From Treponemataceae bacterium (GTDB taxonomy: Bacteria > Spirochaetota > Spirochaetia > Treponematales > Rectinemataceae), in assembly GCA_963678065.2 (NCBI GenBank), contig CAXXVZ010000005.1, positions 960,001-1,024,000 of the forward strand: a stretch of 64,000 bases of DNA, written 5' to 3'. The position numbers were made by a program, and so were the translations under genes. The notes below the pieces were generated by a model. It had not been told where the DNA came from and did not search any database. It saw only the letters and a list, made by a program, of their open reading frames with translations. Each line of letters begins with the position of its first letter. The first letter of the stretch is position 1. Of the stretch, positions 37,379 to 47,854 are shown piece by piece.

Positions 37379-37534
37379 AGAAAAACTTGAAGAAATAACT
37401 ATCCAAGAAAAGCATTGTCTGACGCGGAGATAATCGATATGCCTATTTCTTTCGACCGCGCCAGTCATGCAATTCTTCGATGTAGCCGGCTATTTTCCCG
37501 GACTGGTTTGCGGCGGGCTCCGAACCAGCAGGTT

Positions 37535-38299
37535 TCATATATTCCGCTTATTCTTTCCCGCTATCAAAAACCTGTGGCACAAAAAATCCATGTAACCCTC
37601 TTCTTCCATAACCCCGGCCATTCTCATGATTCCATCCCTGTACTTTTCCAGACTGAAACCCTCGACCTGCCAGGGTATGCACTTCAGGTAATAGATAATC
37701 GCCCCCACATCGTAAAACCTCGTTTTGGTGATGCACTCCTTCTTCACGATAATTTCGAAGCCCGCGGACTCCAGTCCGGCCACGGCGGAACTCAGGGACC
37801 ACGACACATACTCGCTCGCCTTCGCGCCCAGCCACATATTCAGATCGACGGCATTCAGGCCGCCAACCTGCTGTGTGATAAAATACCCGCCATCCCGCAA
37901 AACCCGCGCAAGCTCGGAAACATCATAGGATTCATGTCTGTTCAGAATCACATCGAAAAACCCGTCTTCGAACGGAATCTTGTCATTCTCGATTTTTCTG
38001 ACCTCGATACCCCGTTTCCCCAGGCGTTCCGCCGCGATCGGCAGATTCGGCTCGTATCCCTCAGTCGCGTAGCTGCGCGGTGGCAAGCCCCGAAGCGACG
38101 ATAAAAACTCACCGCCTCCGGTGCCCATATCGAGAAGACAGGACGCCGCGTCGATATATCCCTGAATCTCGATACGATAATTCCACGGCAGAGGAAAGGA
38201 TTCCATTCTCCCCGTATCGCTCAGATGCGAAAAATCCCATCCGGAGAACTCGCTGCCGTACTCGCGGGAGAGTTTCTCGAAAAGCTCGGATTCATTCAT
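37535..38299 (-). CDS. Class I SAM-dependent methyltransferase
   Basis: FSGWDFS, LLDMGTGGGE, FDVILNRHE, ITQQVG. Confidence 0.88.
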   Translation of the reverse strand: MNESELFEKLSREYGSEFSGWDFSHLSDTGRMESFPLPWNYRIEIQGYIDAASCLLDMGTGGGEFLSSLRGLPPRSYATEGYEPNLPIAAERLGKRGIEVRKIENDKIPFEDGFFDVILNRHESYDVSELARVLRDGGYFITQQVGGLNAVDLNMWLGAKASEYVSWSLSSAVAGLESAGFEIIVKKECITKTRFYDVGAIIYYLKCIPWQVEGFSLEKYRDGIMRMAGVMEEEGYMDFLCHRFLIAGKNKRNI

Positions 38300-38487
38300 A
38301 TATTCCCGCCCCTTTGCCCTGTACCGAAAATCCGTTGCGGAGTATCCCGATCGGCACCAGGGCCAGGCCCCGGAGCGCGACGATGGCGGACAGTATCGGC
38401 AGTATGAACACGAAGCGCAGGGACGCGCTCCATGTCCAGCTGCCTCCGGCGAGGTTCATCTGTCTGCGGCCGGCGGTTCCCCCTTCG

Positions 38488-39000
38488 TCAATCGATCCGT
38501 ATCATATTCGAGTAATCGTTTTCGATTTTCAGCTGATCGAGAATCTGACTTACCTGGCCGCGGTGGTGGGTCTGATGGTTGAACACATGGACGAGGGCCT
38601 TCCAGAACAGCTTTTCCTGCTTTTCTCCGAGCCTGGTCACCCGCGATACAGTTTTTGACAGATCGGCTTCCCCGATCTCTTCGGTCAGGCGCGCGAAAAC
38701 ATCGTCGAGGTGAATCCTGCCCTTTTTGTAGGAGGCCAGGTCGTTGAACATCCTCAGGTTCCGGTCGGGAGGGGCCGCGAAAACAGGATCGCGGAAAATG
38801 GCGAAGTCCCTTACGGTTTTGAAGCTCATGAGCCACATGAGGTCGGCCTTGTAGATGTGGTCGAGTATTTCCCCGATACCCTTGAAGTAGCCATCCACTT
38901 CGGCGTCGTAGGGATCCCCCTTCGCGTCTTCCAATACCCGGATCATTTCCGCGTTGATGCTCCGGTTGCATTTCGAATAGTGCTTAAAAACTTCGGTCAT
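38488..39000 (-). CDS. DinB family protein
   Basis: LDHIYKADLMWL, HVFNHQTHHRGQ. AAGGAG RBS before 39000. Confidence 0.9.
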   Translation of the reverse strand: MTEVFKHYSKCNRSINAEMIRVLEDAKGDPYDAEVDGYFKGIGEILDHIYKADLMWLMSFKTVRDFAIFRDPVFAAPPDRNLRMFNDLASYKKGRIHLDDVFARLTEEIGEADLSKTVSRVTRLGEKQEKLFWKALVHVFNHQTHHRGQVSQILDQLKIENDYSNMIRID

Positions 39001-39187
39001 GGCGGTCTCCTTACTCGTACCGTTTCCCTTCAATCATAGGGGCCATCGATATTATATCATGCCGACAGCGGCTTCCGCGATTGTCGGGCTGTGCGCAGGC
39101 CCTTCAAATCGGAACGACATAGTCGGGGATGCGAGAAAGCGCCTCGAGAAGCTAAGAGTGTTCAAAGAAACCAACAATTACCGAATT

Positions 39188-39233
39188 CAGCAAAAACGAA
39201 GGACTGCCCATGCATGCACATGGACAGTCCTTC
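39188..39233 (-). terminator. Rho-independent terminator after the PIG-L gene
   Basis: Near-perfect stem 39198-39233, followed by GTTTTTG on the minus strand. Confidence 0.75.
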
Positions 39234-39274
39234 ATGACACGGCAGTCAACTACTACCTTTCCGGAATTGCCCCG

Positions 39275-42166
39275 CTATTCCCATCCGAGGCTCAAAAGAT
39301 TCGCATAAAGCTTGTACGCTCCCGGCACTAATCCGGTGAGCTGGCGCTCCCATACCACAGAACTGTAGGTGTAGGTACCGGAACCGATCTTGGCATAAAG
39401 GACTGCAGGTCGGTCAAAAACATCGCCGGGATCCCTACCCTGGAAGAGAATCGAATAGCCCAAGTCTTTCAGGTATGCGATCGGGTCGAGCGATGCACCC
39501 GCCGGAACATCGGAAGTCCTCGGTCCGACTGTCCACTCGCAACGCTGCTGAATCCATCCATTCCAGATATCGGATGCCGCCGATTTTCTAGTCGCATCGA
39601 GATCAAGAGCTATCTTGTTAGAACCTGTATAGATTCTGTTATCCGCGCTGTCGCCGAACACGTAAACATCGGAATCTTCCTTGTTGATATTGACACCGCT
39701 CAGATAGAAGGGGACAGGCGCCAGGGTCATCTTTCCCTTCGCGGTATCCGCCGACGATCTCCAGTTCTGATAATGGACAACAAGGTTTCCGCCTTCGGCC
39801 GCAAAATCGAGAAGGTTCCGGTAGTTTGACGCCAGAGCGGGTTTCACCGACATCCCCATCTTGCCGACGACGATCGTGTCGAATTCCGCCTTCAGCGCCG
39901 CTCCGGACTTCGTGAGATCTACGTCACCGAGTATTTTGAGATTCGCTGCTGCCTTTGCCTGATCATTGTACATCAGCTTGATGTAGTTCATCACGAAATC
40001 GTCTTTGCCGGTCGTATAATAACCGATCCGGATATCGTCGCTAGGCAGGCCGAATCCGGCGACCGTCAGATTCTGGACTGCGGCACGGTAATAATTCTTC
40101 TTTTCGATGTGGGCATAATCGATTATCTGAAAGCCCTCGGTATAGGCGGTGCCGCCCAACGTAGCCGAAACCAACATCTTCGTACTCGATTTAAATGTTG
40201 CGGGGATAGCCAGGTTCAGGATGACCGCAACTTCCTGCCCTTCGGAAGCGATACTCACGGTCTTGCTCGACGCGGTTATTCCTGATGCCGGGTCGGCTGG
40301 TACCGCGCTCACCACGATAGCATTTGCCGGGGATTTCATGTTGTTCTTTACAATGATGTTTATCGTGCTTTCCGTCAGCTTCGAACCGGTAAACCTGTTC
40401 ATCGCGCTTTCGTTGGAGACAAGAACCGAAATTTTCGGAACAACCCGGAGATCCGGTTCAGCGGAAACGGAATAGTCCATTCCTTCGGCGGAGAACGTAG
40501 CCCTGGCCTGGATCGGAGAGTGGCTGTACGGATCGGTACTCCTGGTTGTGATTCCCTCGGTCATCTCATTCCATGTTATGACGCCGTCGCCATTGCTGTC
40601 TTTGGAAACTCCATAGGGGAATGCCGGATTGGAATAATATTCATCATACGGCGCATTGAAGGGGCCGGTATAATCCTTGAAATCTTCGGGGACCGTGACC
40701 GTGTACGAATAGGTTTTTCCGCGCAGTTTCGTCGACTGATCGATCTCATCGGCCGGAGTGGATGCGCTGTTTTTGGACGTGACCTTCCAGCCAGCAGGCA
40801 GGCTCATGACAGCAGGTTTGCCCGTGGTATCGAAAAGAGCGGAAGGAACTTCTACCATGCCGCCTCTGAACCAGAGTTTGACCGTGACATCGAAGCTCTG
40901 CCCTGGATGAACATCACCGTCACTGACCGTTACATCCAGTGCCACACCGTATATATCGAGGACAACTTTGGCGATATGCCGTTTCACTCTGTTGACCAAC
41001 TCGAGCGCATAACCCTTTTCAGGAATCGTATCCGGAATCGATTTCCTGAGTGTCGATTCGATTTTTCCCACGGTTTTCTGCGCTGCCGCCATCTCCGTCG
41101 CTATTGAGGTCGGGGAGAGGATTGTGAACTCCGAAACGGCGTTTGCGAGATACCCGTCGAGCCTGATCACATCATCCTTGACCAGCCCCTGCAGCGAAGT
41201 CGGAAGACACGCATAGATCGCGGAAAGCGAAGTGTCGATCGCCCCGAACACCGAGTTATTTTTTGTATCGAAACCAGGTGCGGCTGCTTTCTGCTTCCAC
41301 GCGCTTATCTGACTTCCCTTGACAGGGAAGGCGACCATGTTCTGGCACTTGTGCATGTTGCGTCCAAGGGTACCGGACTCCGCGTATGACATACCGAGCA
41401 CGCTATCGAATTCACCAAGGTCGATCTTGAGGTCAGCGGAATCGACCGGAGCGCCATCCAGCGCCGGCCTCCAAGATGTATAGAATTTCTTCACGGACCA
41501 GGCCGAAAGCTCTGCACGGCCATCGAAATCCTTGATCGTGTAGGAAGGATCAGCCGCCAGCCTGATCGCCTTCTCGATGAGGTATCCGTTCGCCTGATGT
41601 TGTCCGTGATCAAGATAGTCTTGCCTGTGATGTGAGAAAAGAATTTCCGGCCTTTCAGCCCGGAGAATCCGAGCCAGATTGTAAGCCAGGATATCCGGAT
41701 CCCATATGCCTTTCGCTCCGCTCGCTTTGTCGATGAGAGATTCCGCGAGCGAAACAGAATAACCGAAATCATAGGCTCCCCAGTACATTTGGGTCGCACC
41801 GTCAAATTTGCGGGATGAATTGAGTTCCTGCGAGCGAAGCACTCCCAGTGAGCTGTAAAGTTCTTGACCGATCCAGTTGTCTCCGCCTTCGCCCCAGTTG
41901 GAAACAGCATAGCTCGTGTCCGCGTTCAGCGCGCGGTTGAGATACACAAGGAGAGCATTGTTCTCGTCATCCGGATGTGCCCCGACGAACAAGATTTTTG
42001 CTGTCGAACGAAGCATTTTTACATCGTTCAGCACATCGGCGGCACCCTTAATGGGAGCGTACTTCAACTCCGGCGACGGCGTCGCGACTGCGGGGGCTGC
42101 AAGTATCAGACCGAGAATCATCATGCCCGCAAGCATGCCGATCATTTTTTTCGCTCTTTTCTGCAT
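39275..42166 (-). CDS. Large secreted PIG-L/LmbE-family Zn deacetylase with Ig-like C-terminal domains
   Basis: Signal peptide, AHPDDE, GEGGDN, LRSQEL, DFGYS, HGQHQ, MHKCQ, W.GWIQQR. Confidence 0.85.
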   Translation of the reverse strand: MQKRAKKMIGMLAGMMILGLILAAPAVATPSPELKYAPIKGAADVLNDVKMLRSTAKILFVGAHPDDENNALLVYLNRALNADTSYAVSNWGEGGDNWIGQELYSSLGVLRSQELNSSRKFDGATQMYWGAYDFGYSVSLAESLIDKASGAKGIWDPDILAYNLARILRAERPEILFSHHRQDYLDHGQHQANGYLIEKAIRLAADPSYTIKDFDGRAELSAWSVKKFYTSWRPALDGAPVDSADLKIDLGEFDSVLGMSYAESGTLGRNMHKCQNMVAFPVKGSQISAWKQKAAAPGFDTKNNSVFGAIDTSLSAIYACLPTSLQGLVKDDVIRLDGYLANAVSEFTILSPTSIATEMAAAQKTVGKIESTLRKSIPDTIPEKGYALELVNRVKRHIAKVVLDIYGVALDVTVSDGDVHPGQSFDVTVKLWFRGGMVEVPSALFDTTGKPAVMSLPAGWKVTSKNSASTPADEIDQSTKLRGKTYSYTVTVPEDFKDYTGPFNAPYDEYYSNPAFPYGVSKDSNGDGVITWNEMTEGITTRSTDPYSHSPIQARATFSAEGMDYSVSAEPDLRVVPKISVLVSNESAMNRFTGSKLTESTINIIVKNNMKSPANAIVVSAVPADPASGITASSKTVSIASEGQEVAVILNLAIPATFKSSTKMLVSATLGGTAYTEGFQIIDYAHIEKKNYYRAAVQNLTVAGFGLPSDDIRIGYYTTGKDDFVMNYIKLMYNDQAKAAANLKILGDVDLTKSGAALKAEFDTIVVGKMGMSVKPALASNYRNLLDFAAEGGNLVVHYQNWRSSADTAKGKMTLAPVPFYLSGVNINKEDSDVYVFGDSADNRIYTGSNKIALDLDATRKSAASDIWNGWIQQRCEWTVGPRTSDVPAGASLDPIAYLKDLGYSILFQGRDPGDVFDRPAVLYAKIGSGTYTYSSVVWERQLTGLVPGAYKLYANLLSLGWE

Positions 42167-42250
42167 AAATGCCTCCTTTCTCACATACCTCAATACGCCG
42201 GGATGTGTTCCCGGTTCATGGGTCTCTTCGTAGCGGACAGTGTCCGTTCT

Positions 42251-42290
42251 TCCCTTTATCCCTTTATCCCTTTATCCCTTTATCCCTTTA
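42251..42290. repeat. Tandem octamer (TCCCTTTA)x5, i.e. (TAAAGGGA)x5 on the minus strand
   Basis: Five exact copies spanning the permease stop codon. Confidence 0.95.
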
Positions 42291-43110
42291 CCGCTCCTGC
42301 CGTCATACCCGAAATGAAATAGCGATGAAGCGCGAGGTAAACCATGATGACCGGCAAGGTCATCATGGTCGCGCCCATCGCGGTCAGGGGCGCGTTCGCG
42401 ATATATTTTCCCTGAAAAAAGGCCATACCGACTGGCAGTGTTCGCAAACTGTCGGAGCTGATGATGACGAGAGCGAGGAGAAATTCGTTCCATGTCCAGA
42501 TGAAGAACAGAAGCGCGAGAACGGTCAGCGATGGAGCCATCGTAGGAACCAGAACACGCCAGAGAATCTTCCAGGTTCCCGCTCCATCGATTTCCGCCGC
42601 TTCGACAAGCGGCCGCGGAACATCCCTGAACGATGCGTGCAGAAAGTAGATGCCGAACGGCATACTCATGCCGATCTGAACCATGATTAGTCCCGGAAGC
42701 TGGTTCAAAAGACCGATTTTCAGCAACAGATAGTAGACCTGGATCATGACTACTTCCATGGGCAAGGTCATGCCGACAATGAACAAACCGAGAATGCCAT
42801 TTCTGAAAGGAAGTCTGAAAACGCTCAGCGCGTAGGCGCCCATGATCGAGAACAGAATCGATACGACCACCACGGGAACTGCTACAACAATGCTGTTCAG
42901 GTAATAATTGCCGAATTTCCCCTGCTTCCACGCACCGGCAATATTGCCTGTCTCCCATTTTTTCGGAAAACCCAGCGTGTTGGTGATCAGCTCGGATTTG
43001 GATTTGAATGCGGTCGACCACGTCATGAAGAATGGCAAAAGGGCATATACGACAAACAGAAGGAGAACCGCAAACATGATGCCATCGACAAAGGATTTAC
43101 GCGATTTCAT
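42280..43110 (-). CDS. Carbohydrate ABC permease
   Basis: LVEAAEIDGAG, WNEF, GAVKG. Confidence 0.93.
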   Translation of the reverse strand: MKSRKSFVDGIMFAVLLLFVVYALLPFFMTWSTAFKSKSELITNTLGFPKKWETGNIAGAWKQGKFGNYYLNSIVVAVPVVVVSILFSIMGAYALSVFRLPFRNGILGLFIVGMTLPMEVVMIQVYYLLLKIGLLNQLPGLIMVQIGMSMPFGIYFLHASFRDVPRPLVEAAEIDGAGTWKILWRVLVPTMAPSLTVLALLFFIWTWNEFLLALVIISSDSLRTLPVGMAFFQGKYIANAPLTAMGATMMTLPVIMVYLALHRYFISGMTAGAVKG

Positions 43111-43996
43111 AGTCTTCCCCGGATCGTGAAAGCCGGCTGAGCAAGAAGGCGAGCAGGAATATGAGTAGGGCGAGGGTTACGGCCAAAGCCGATGCATACC
43201 CGATCCGGTTGAACTGAAAGGCATTCTTGAAAACATACAGGGAGAGCACTTCAGTGCTGTTGCCCGGTCCCCCTTTGGTCATGACATATACAAGATCGAA
43301 TGTCTTCAGTGTCGAGATGAAGAGGAAGCTCGTCACAACGCCGATTTCTTTTGTCAGCAGAGGCAGGCTGATGCGATGGAATTTCTGAAACCGGGTGACG
43401 CCATCCATGTCTCCGGCTTCATAGAGCGACAATGGAATGCGTTTGTAGCCCGAAAGGAAAACAACGAACGCGAAGCCAAAGTTGACCCACGAGCCCGTAA
43501 GGCCGATGGCGGTGAGGGCCGTGGCCGAATCGCCGAGCCAGCCGCGAGAAAGGGATTCAAGTCCTGCTGCCTTAAGGAGGGCTTCAAGCAGACCGGTTCC
43601 GGGATTGTAGATCCATTTCCAGATGACCGAGACCACAACCAGCGAGAGTATCTGCGGCATGAAAAAGACGAGTTCGAATATCTTGGCCCTCTTGTTTTTA
43701 CTGGCTTCGACGACAGTCGCCAGGAAAAGGCCGATGCATCCGGGAACGACAAGGAGGAAGATGACCAAGAAAAAATTGTTTTTCAGCGCACCGAAGAATC
43801 GGGGATCGCCCGCGAGTTCGAGATAGTTTCGTAAACCGACATAGACCCGTCCGCTCAGTCCATTCCAGTCAAAGAAGCTCGTCGAAATGGTCATGCACAC
43901 AGGCACAAGAACAAAACTTGCATACACCAACGTGGCCGGCAGCAGGTAGGCGAGAGCTTTAGGAACCGACGTGTAAGGACTTCTCGGCGTTTTCAT
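43097..43996 (-). CDS. Carbohydrate ABC permease
   Basis: LYEAGDMDG, MTKGGPG, GYASA. Confidence 0.93.
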   Translation of the reverse strand: MKTPRSPYTSVPKALAYLLPATLVYASFVLVPVCMTISTSFFDWNGLSGRVYVGLRNYLELAGDPRFFGALKNNFFLVIFLLVVPGCIGLFLATVVEASKNKRAKIFELVFFMPQILSLVVVSVIWKWIYNPGTGLLEALLKAAGLESLSRGWLGDSATALTAIGLTGSWVNFGFAFVVFLSGYKRIPLSLYEAGDMDGVTRFQKFHRISLPLLTKEIGVVTSFLFISTLKTFDLVYVMTKGGPGNSTEVLSLYVFKNAFQFNRIGYASALAVTLALLIFLLAFLLSRLSRSGEDYEIA

Positions 43997-44008
43997 GTCT
44001 TCTATTCC

Positions 44009-45361
44009 CTATCGCAGGATAATCCGATCGCCCTGCGCTTCCAGAATTCTGTTCAAAAGCTCGTCTGCTTTTGCAGGATGGGCGAGCAGAGGATTCATCG
44101 AGAGGGCCTTCCGCGCCATTCGCAGGTCGAATGTCACAGCGGCTTCCGACGTCATGCGTTCGTACGCCTTGGCCGAACGCACAAGGGACGCGAGATCCTC
44201 GGGGAGGCGGGGATCGAATGGAACGGGGCTGAGGCCATTCCTGTCTATCCTGCACGAAACCTCGATGACGTCTGCGGCTTCCAGCCACGAGCAGAAACCG
44301 CCATTGCGGACATTAACCGGCAGCTCCGTCGCGCCGTTTCCGGACAATGCGCGCATGATCATGATGGCCACATCATCGTAGCCGAAGGAAATGCCTTTTT
44401 CAAAAAGCGAGAAGTCTTTTTTTTCGCGGACGTTGCCCGATTCAGTGGCCATGTAACCGGCCTCACGCCCTGCCAGGTATGCTTCGTACGCGGCAACAGG
44501 GTCCAGGTCGGGGTCGGTCAGCCTGCGAAATAACTCTGCATTATCCCGAGCTATCCCCTCCCCTCTTGTCGTTCCGGATACCTTCAGCTTTTCAACAATA
44601 TCATCCCTGAATAGATAGAAAAGCAGGTATTCGTTGGGAATGATCCCATATCGACGCATGTGCGGAATCAGAGAGCTGTATAGCGGTTCGTACGAGGCAA
44701 ACGCTTCTGCCATGTCTCCGGTGAGATCAGCGATTTTTTCTTCGCCTCCGATCTTGACCGAAGTCACCCACCCCAGATGATTAAGTCCGAAATAGCGGAT
44801 GGCAACATCGACGGCCGGAACACCGTAGATAGTGGCGGCAATTCGTTGTATCGCGACAGGAGCATCGCAGATTCCGACAACGCGGGGATTTCGTGAATGA
44901 TCGAGAAGAGCCTGTGTGAGTATACCTGAGGGATTTGTGAAATTTATATACCATGCTTCAGGGCATACCCGGAATGCAAGGTCGGCATAGCGAAGACTCG
45001 GCGGAATGCTGCGCATTGCCATGGAAAACCCGCCTGGGCCGACAGTTTCCTGGCCGAGTTCCCCCATCGCCAATGGAACTTTTTCGTCCAGAACACGCGC
45101 AAAATCTCCCCCCTGCCTGAAACTCGAAAATATGTAGTCGGCGCTTTCCAGAGCCGACTCTATGCTGTCCGCTGTTCCGATTTCGGTACCGCCGCCGAAG
45201 TGTTCGGCAACCCTGTCGACGACGCGCATGATGTTCGTCGCGCGGCTTTGATCAGTGTCAAACAGTGTTATTTTTTGTAGTGGCAGATCCTGCTGAAGCA
45301 GAAGACCGCGGACAAGCAGCGGAGTCCGCACGGAGCCGCCTCCCAGGACGGTAATTTTCAT
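44009..45361 (-). CDS. GH4 NAD/Mn-dependent glycosidase (6-phospho-beta-glucosidase-like)
   Basis: GGGSVRTP, GQETVGPGG, INFTNPSG, GICD, GLNH, PNEYL. Confidence 0.9.
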   Translation of the reverse strand: MKITVLGGGSVRTPLLVRGLLLQQDLPLQKITLFDTDQSRATNIMRVVDRVAEHFGGGTEIGTADSIESALESADYIFSSFRQGGDFARVLDEKVPLAMGELGQETVGPGGFSMAMRSIPPSLRYADLAFRVCPEAWYINFTNPSGILTQALLDHSRNPRVVGICDAPVAIQRIAATIYGVPAVDVAIRYFGLNHLGWVTSVKIGGEEKIADLTGDMAEAFASYEPLYSSLIPHMRRYGIIPNEYLLFYLFRDDIVEKLKVSGTTRGEGIARDNAELFRRLTDPDLDPVAAYEAYLAGREAGYMATESGNVREKKDFSLFEKGISFGYDDVAIMIMRALSGNGATELPVNVRNGGFCSWLEAADVIEVSCRIDRNGLSPVPFDPRLPEDLASLVRSAKAYERMTSEAAVTFDLRMARKALSMNPLLAHPAKADELLNRILEAQGDRIILR

Positions 45362-46338
45362 GGCAAAACGCTCCTCATCGATGTGTCGGTCCCGAGTTCG
45401 TCCCTGAGCGCCAATAAAAGATCCTCGCGCGGTATGGAGCTGACTGACGCAACGGTAGCCGCGCCGACCCGGACAGAAAACGAAGCGGATTCCTCTGCAG
45501 TCAGACCGGCGGCCAATGAGGCGATAAAGGCCGCAGCAAAACTGTCGCCGGCTCCGCAGGTATTCAGAACAGGTACAGGGACGGAAGGAATATGCACCAT
45601 GCGTACCGGTACATCATGGTTCCTGCCCGCGTTGCCCGGGATTGCCAGCATGCAGCCTTCCTGTCCAAGGGTCATAACAGGCATCGGAACATACTGCCTC
45701 AAGAGCGACATGGCTTTTTCAGGATCGGCGGTCTTGCAAACCATCGCGGCTTCGTCGTTGTTCAGAAAAAAGACATCAAGTAGTCGCAGAATTTCCCAAC
45801 ATGAGGCATCCCATCCTTCTGCTTCGGCAAATCCGATGCCCGCCGAAATATGGACACCCTGCGCACGCGCCGCACATACAGCGGTTTTTATCTCTTCATC
45901 GCGCAAATATTCGAATGCGATGTGCATGCCAGACACAGGCGGGTCAATCCGAATCCGCTGCTCAATGCTCTGCGCAATGCTGTGCAGATCCGTGGATCTC
46001 GAATTGCCCGCGGTTACGAAAAACCTGTCACCTTTATACGGAAATACAATACTGGTCGGCGTCGCGCATGCACTGCGGGATATCGCCGCAGTACCGACGC
46101 CGTATCGATCGAGCCGCTCCCATACGAATTGCCCGGCAGGATCGCCCCCTACTGCCGACACCAACTCGACCGGTCGTCCAAGAAGGGCCAGCACAGCCGC
46201 TGTTATACCGACCCCTCCTGGCGAAAACTCTACGGAATCAATGAATACTTCCCTTCCATTTTCCGGTAATCCATCAAATCCCGCCAGAATGATATCGAGG
46301 AAAACGGGGCCGGCAACGAGTATCGTTGGTAGCCTCAT
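45358..46338 (-). CDS. PfkB-family carbohydrate kinase
   Basis: SPGGVG, FLNNDEA, TLGQEG, NTCGAGDSF. Confidence 0.88.
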   Translation of the reverse strand: MRLPTILVAGPVFLDIILAGFDGLPENGREVFIDSVEFSPGGVGITAAVLALLGRPVELVSAVGGDPAGQFVWERLDRYGVGTAAISRSACATPTSIVFPYKGDRFFVTAGNSRSTDLHSIAQSIEQRIRIDPPVSGMHIAFEYLRDEEIKTAVCAARAQGVHISAGIGFAEAEGWDASCWEILRLLDVFFLNNDEAAMVCKTADPEKAMSLLRQYVPMPVMTLGQEGCMLAIPGNAGRNHDVPVRMVHIPSVPVPVLNTCGAGDSFAAAFIASLAAGLTAEESASFSVRVGAATVASVSSIPREDLLLALRDELGTDTSMRSVLP

Positions 46339-46374
46339 TTGATCCTCTCCCGTTTTGCCCGAAGTTTCATTTTT

Positions 46375-47637
46375 TTACTTTGCTGATCCGATGAACTTGG
46401 CGTAATCGGCGTCGAGAGACTTGACGAAATCCTGGGGAGTCATTTCAAGCGCCATGAGCTTCTGGACTGCCGCTGAAGTCGTGTCGTAGAAGGTGGGAGT
46501 GACCCAATCGATGTAGTACCCGATCGCGTCGCCGTCAACAGCCTTCTTGTACGCTTTCACGATGTCCTTGAAAAGATCGTCTGAGCCCGTCACATCGGAT
46601 TCGTTTATGCCGACGGCCGGAAGCATAAGCTCGGAAGCCCAGAGTTTTGCGATATCCTTGCGGGAGAGGAAGTCCAGGAACTTGATCGCCGCGTCGACAT
46701 TTTTCGATTTGGACGAGACGCAGAAAGGAATGCCGGGAGCACCGATAGCCTTGAGATTCGCGGCTTTGTCGGTCGGCATGAGGAAGAATCCGACTTTGAA
46801 GTTTTCTATTTTGGAGAACTCGCCCTGGAGCCAGTTTCCGGTGAACATGAGGGCGCTGTCCCCCCTCATGAATGAAGCGGCCGAATCGTCGTAGCCGATC
46901 GCGGCAAAGTTCTTGCTGAAATAGCCGGCCTTTACCCATGCCTGCAATGTTTCGGCTGCCTTGATGTTCGCACTCGCCATCCAGAAGGTGCCTTTTGTTC
47001 CGCTCATCATGTCATCCAGTTCGTTGCGGGTCGTCAAGACATGCTGGATGCCGCTCCATTCGTGTATTCCCGTCCAGCCATCGAGATTCCCGAAGTTGAT
47101 CGGTGTATAACCCGCTTTCTTGACCTTGTCGAGCGTGGCTTGCAGCTCCGAGAACGTCTGCGGAATTTTGAGGCCCAGTTTTTCGAAAATTCCCTTGTTG
47201 TAGAAAAAACCGACGATTTCGGCGGTTGACGAAACACCGTAGGTCTTGCCTTTGTAACCCATGAGCTTGAGCGCCGAGTCGGAAAATATCGAATTCCATT
47301 TTTTGACTTTGGCGGTAGCAGTCAGATCGACAAGAAGTCCCGCTTTGACAAATACACCCATATCGGCCTCGCCCTGGTTGACCTGCATGATGTCAGGTCC
47401 GGTTCCGGACTCGACAGCCATTTTCAGAACCAACTTGAGGTCATCGAGGGTCTTGGTCGTGCGATCGATTACAATAGTCGGATTTTCATCATGGAACTTG
47501 GCTATCGTCTGTTCCATGATGGAAGATTCGACATCGCGATAGAACTGATCCCACAGAACGAGTTTAGTCGTTCCCTGTGCAAAACCAGTCGCCAGTGCGC
47601 ACATCACGAAAAGCAGGAAAATTCCCGTTTTTTTCAC
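46375..47637 (-). CDS. Sugar ABC substrate-binding protein
   Basis: Signal peptide GFA, GPDI, FFYNKGIF, GNW. GTG start after AAGGAG. Confidence 0.9.
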   Translation of the reverse strand: MKKTGIFLLFVMCALATGFAQGTTKLVLWDQFYRDVESSIMEQTIAKFHDENPTIVIDRTTKTLDDLKLVLKMAVESGTGPDIMQVNQGEADMGVFVKAGLLVDLTATAKVKKWNSIFSDSALKLMGYKGKTYGVSSTAEIVGFFYNKGIFEKLGLKIPQTFSELQATLDKVKKAGYTPINFGNLDGWTGIHEWSGIQHVLTTRNELDDMMSGTKGTFWMASANIKAAETLQAWVKAGYFSKNFAAIGYDDSAASFMRGDSALMFTGNWLQGEFSKIENFKVGFFLMPTDKAANLKAIGAPGIPFCVSSKSKNVDAAIKFLDFLSRKDIAKLWASELMLPAVGINESDVTGSDDLFKDIVKAYKKAVDGDAIGYYIDWVTPTFYDTTSAAVQKLMALEMTPQDFVKSLDADYAKFIGSAK

Positions 47638-47681
47638 GACTTCTCCTTCTGGCATTCTTTGTCATCAGCCAGTTTAGGGCA

Positions 47682-47710
47682 ATCATAACGGGAAAACGTT
47701 TTCCTGTCAA
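47682..47710 (-). promoter_or_regulatory. Promoter TTGACA-17-TATGAT with LacI-type operator GGAAAACGTTTTCC (47691-47704) in the spacer
   Basis: Perfect 14-bp palindrome with central CG, next to a LacI gene. Confidence 0.85.
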
Positions 47711-47854
47711 TGAAAAAGGTTCAAATATCAATTTCTCCTTCACTTCGCCCATGGCTCAGCGATACTCGTCAGAGCGACAAAACGAGAAACTAGTGAAAAG
47801 GAATGCTTGATACAGGCTATCTGGGCGCAGGTCGGAAGCGTGTGTCTGCCAGTC

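Noticed and set aside
37535..39000. Methyltransferase plus DinB as a defence or mobile module
   Set aside because: Both are common small-molecule families, with no DNA-MTase motifs, nuclease or integrase.
42251..42290. CRISPR array
   Set aside because: These are contiguous 8-mers without spacers, and there are no cas genes.
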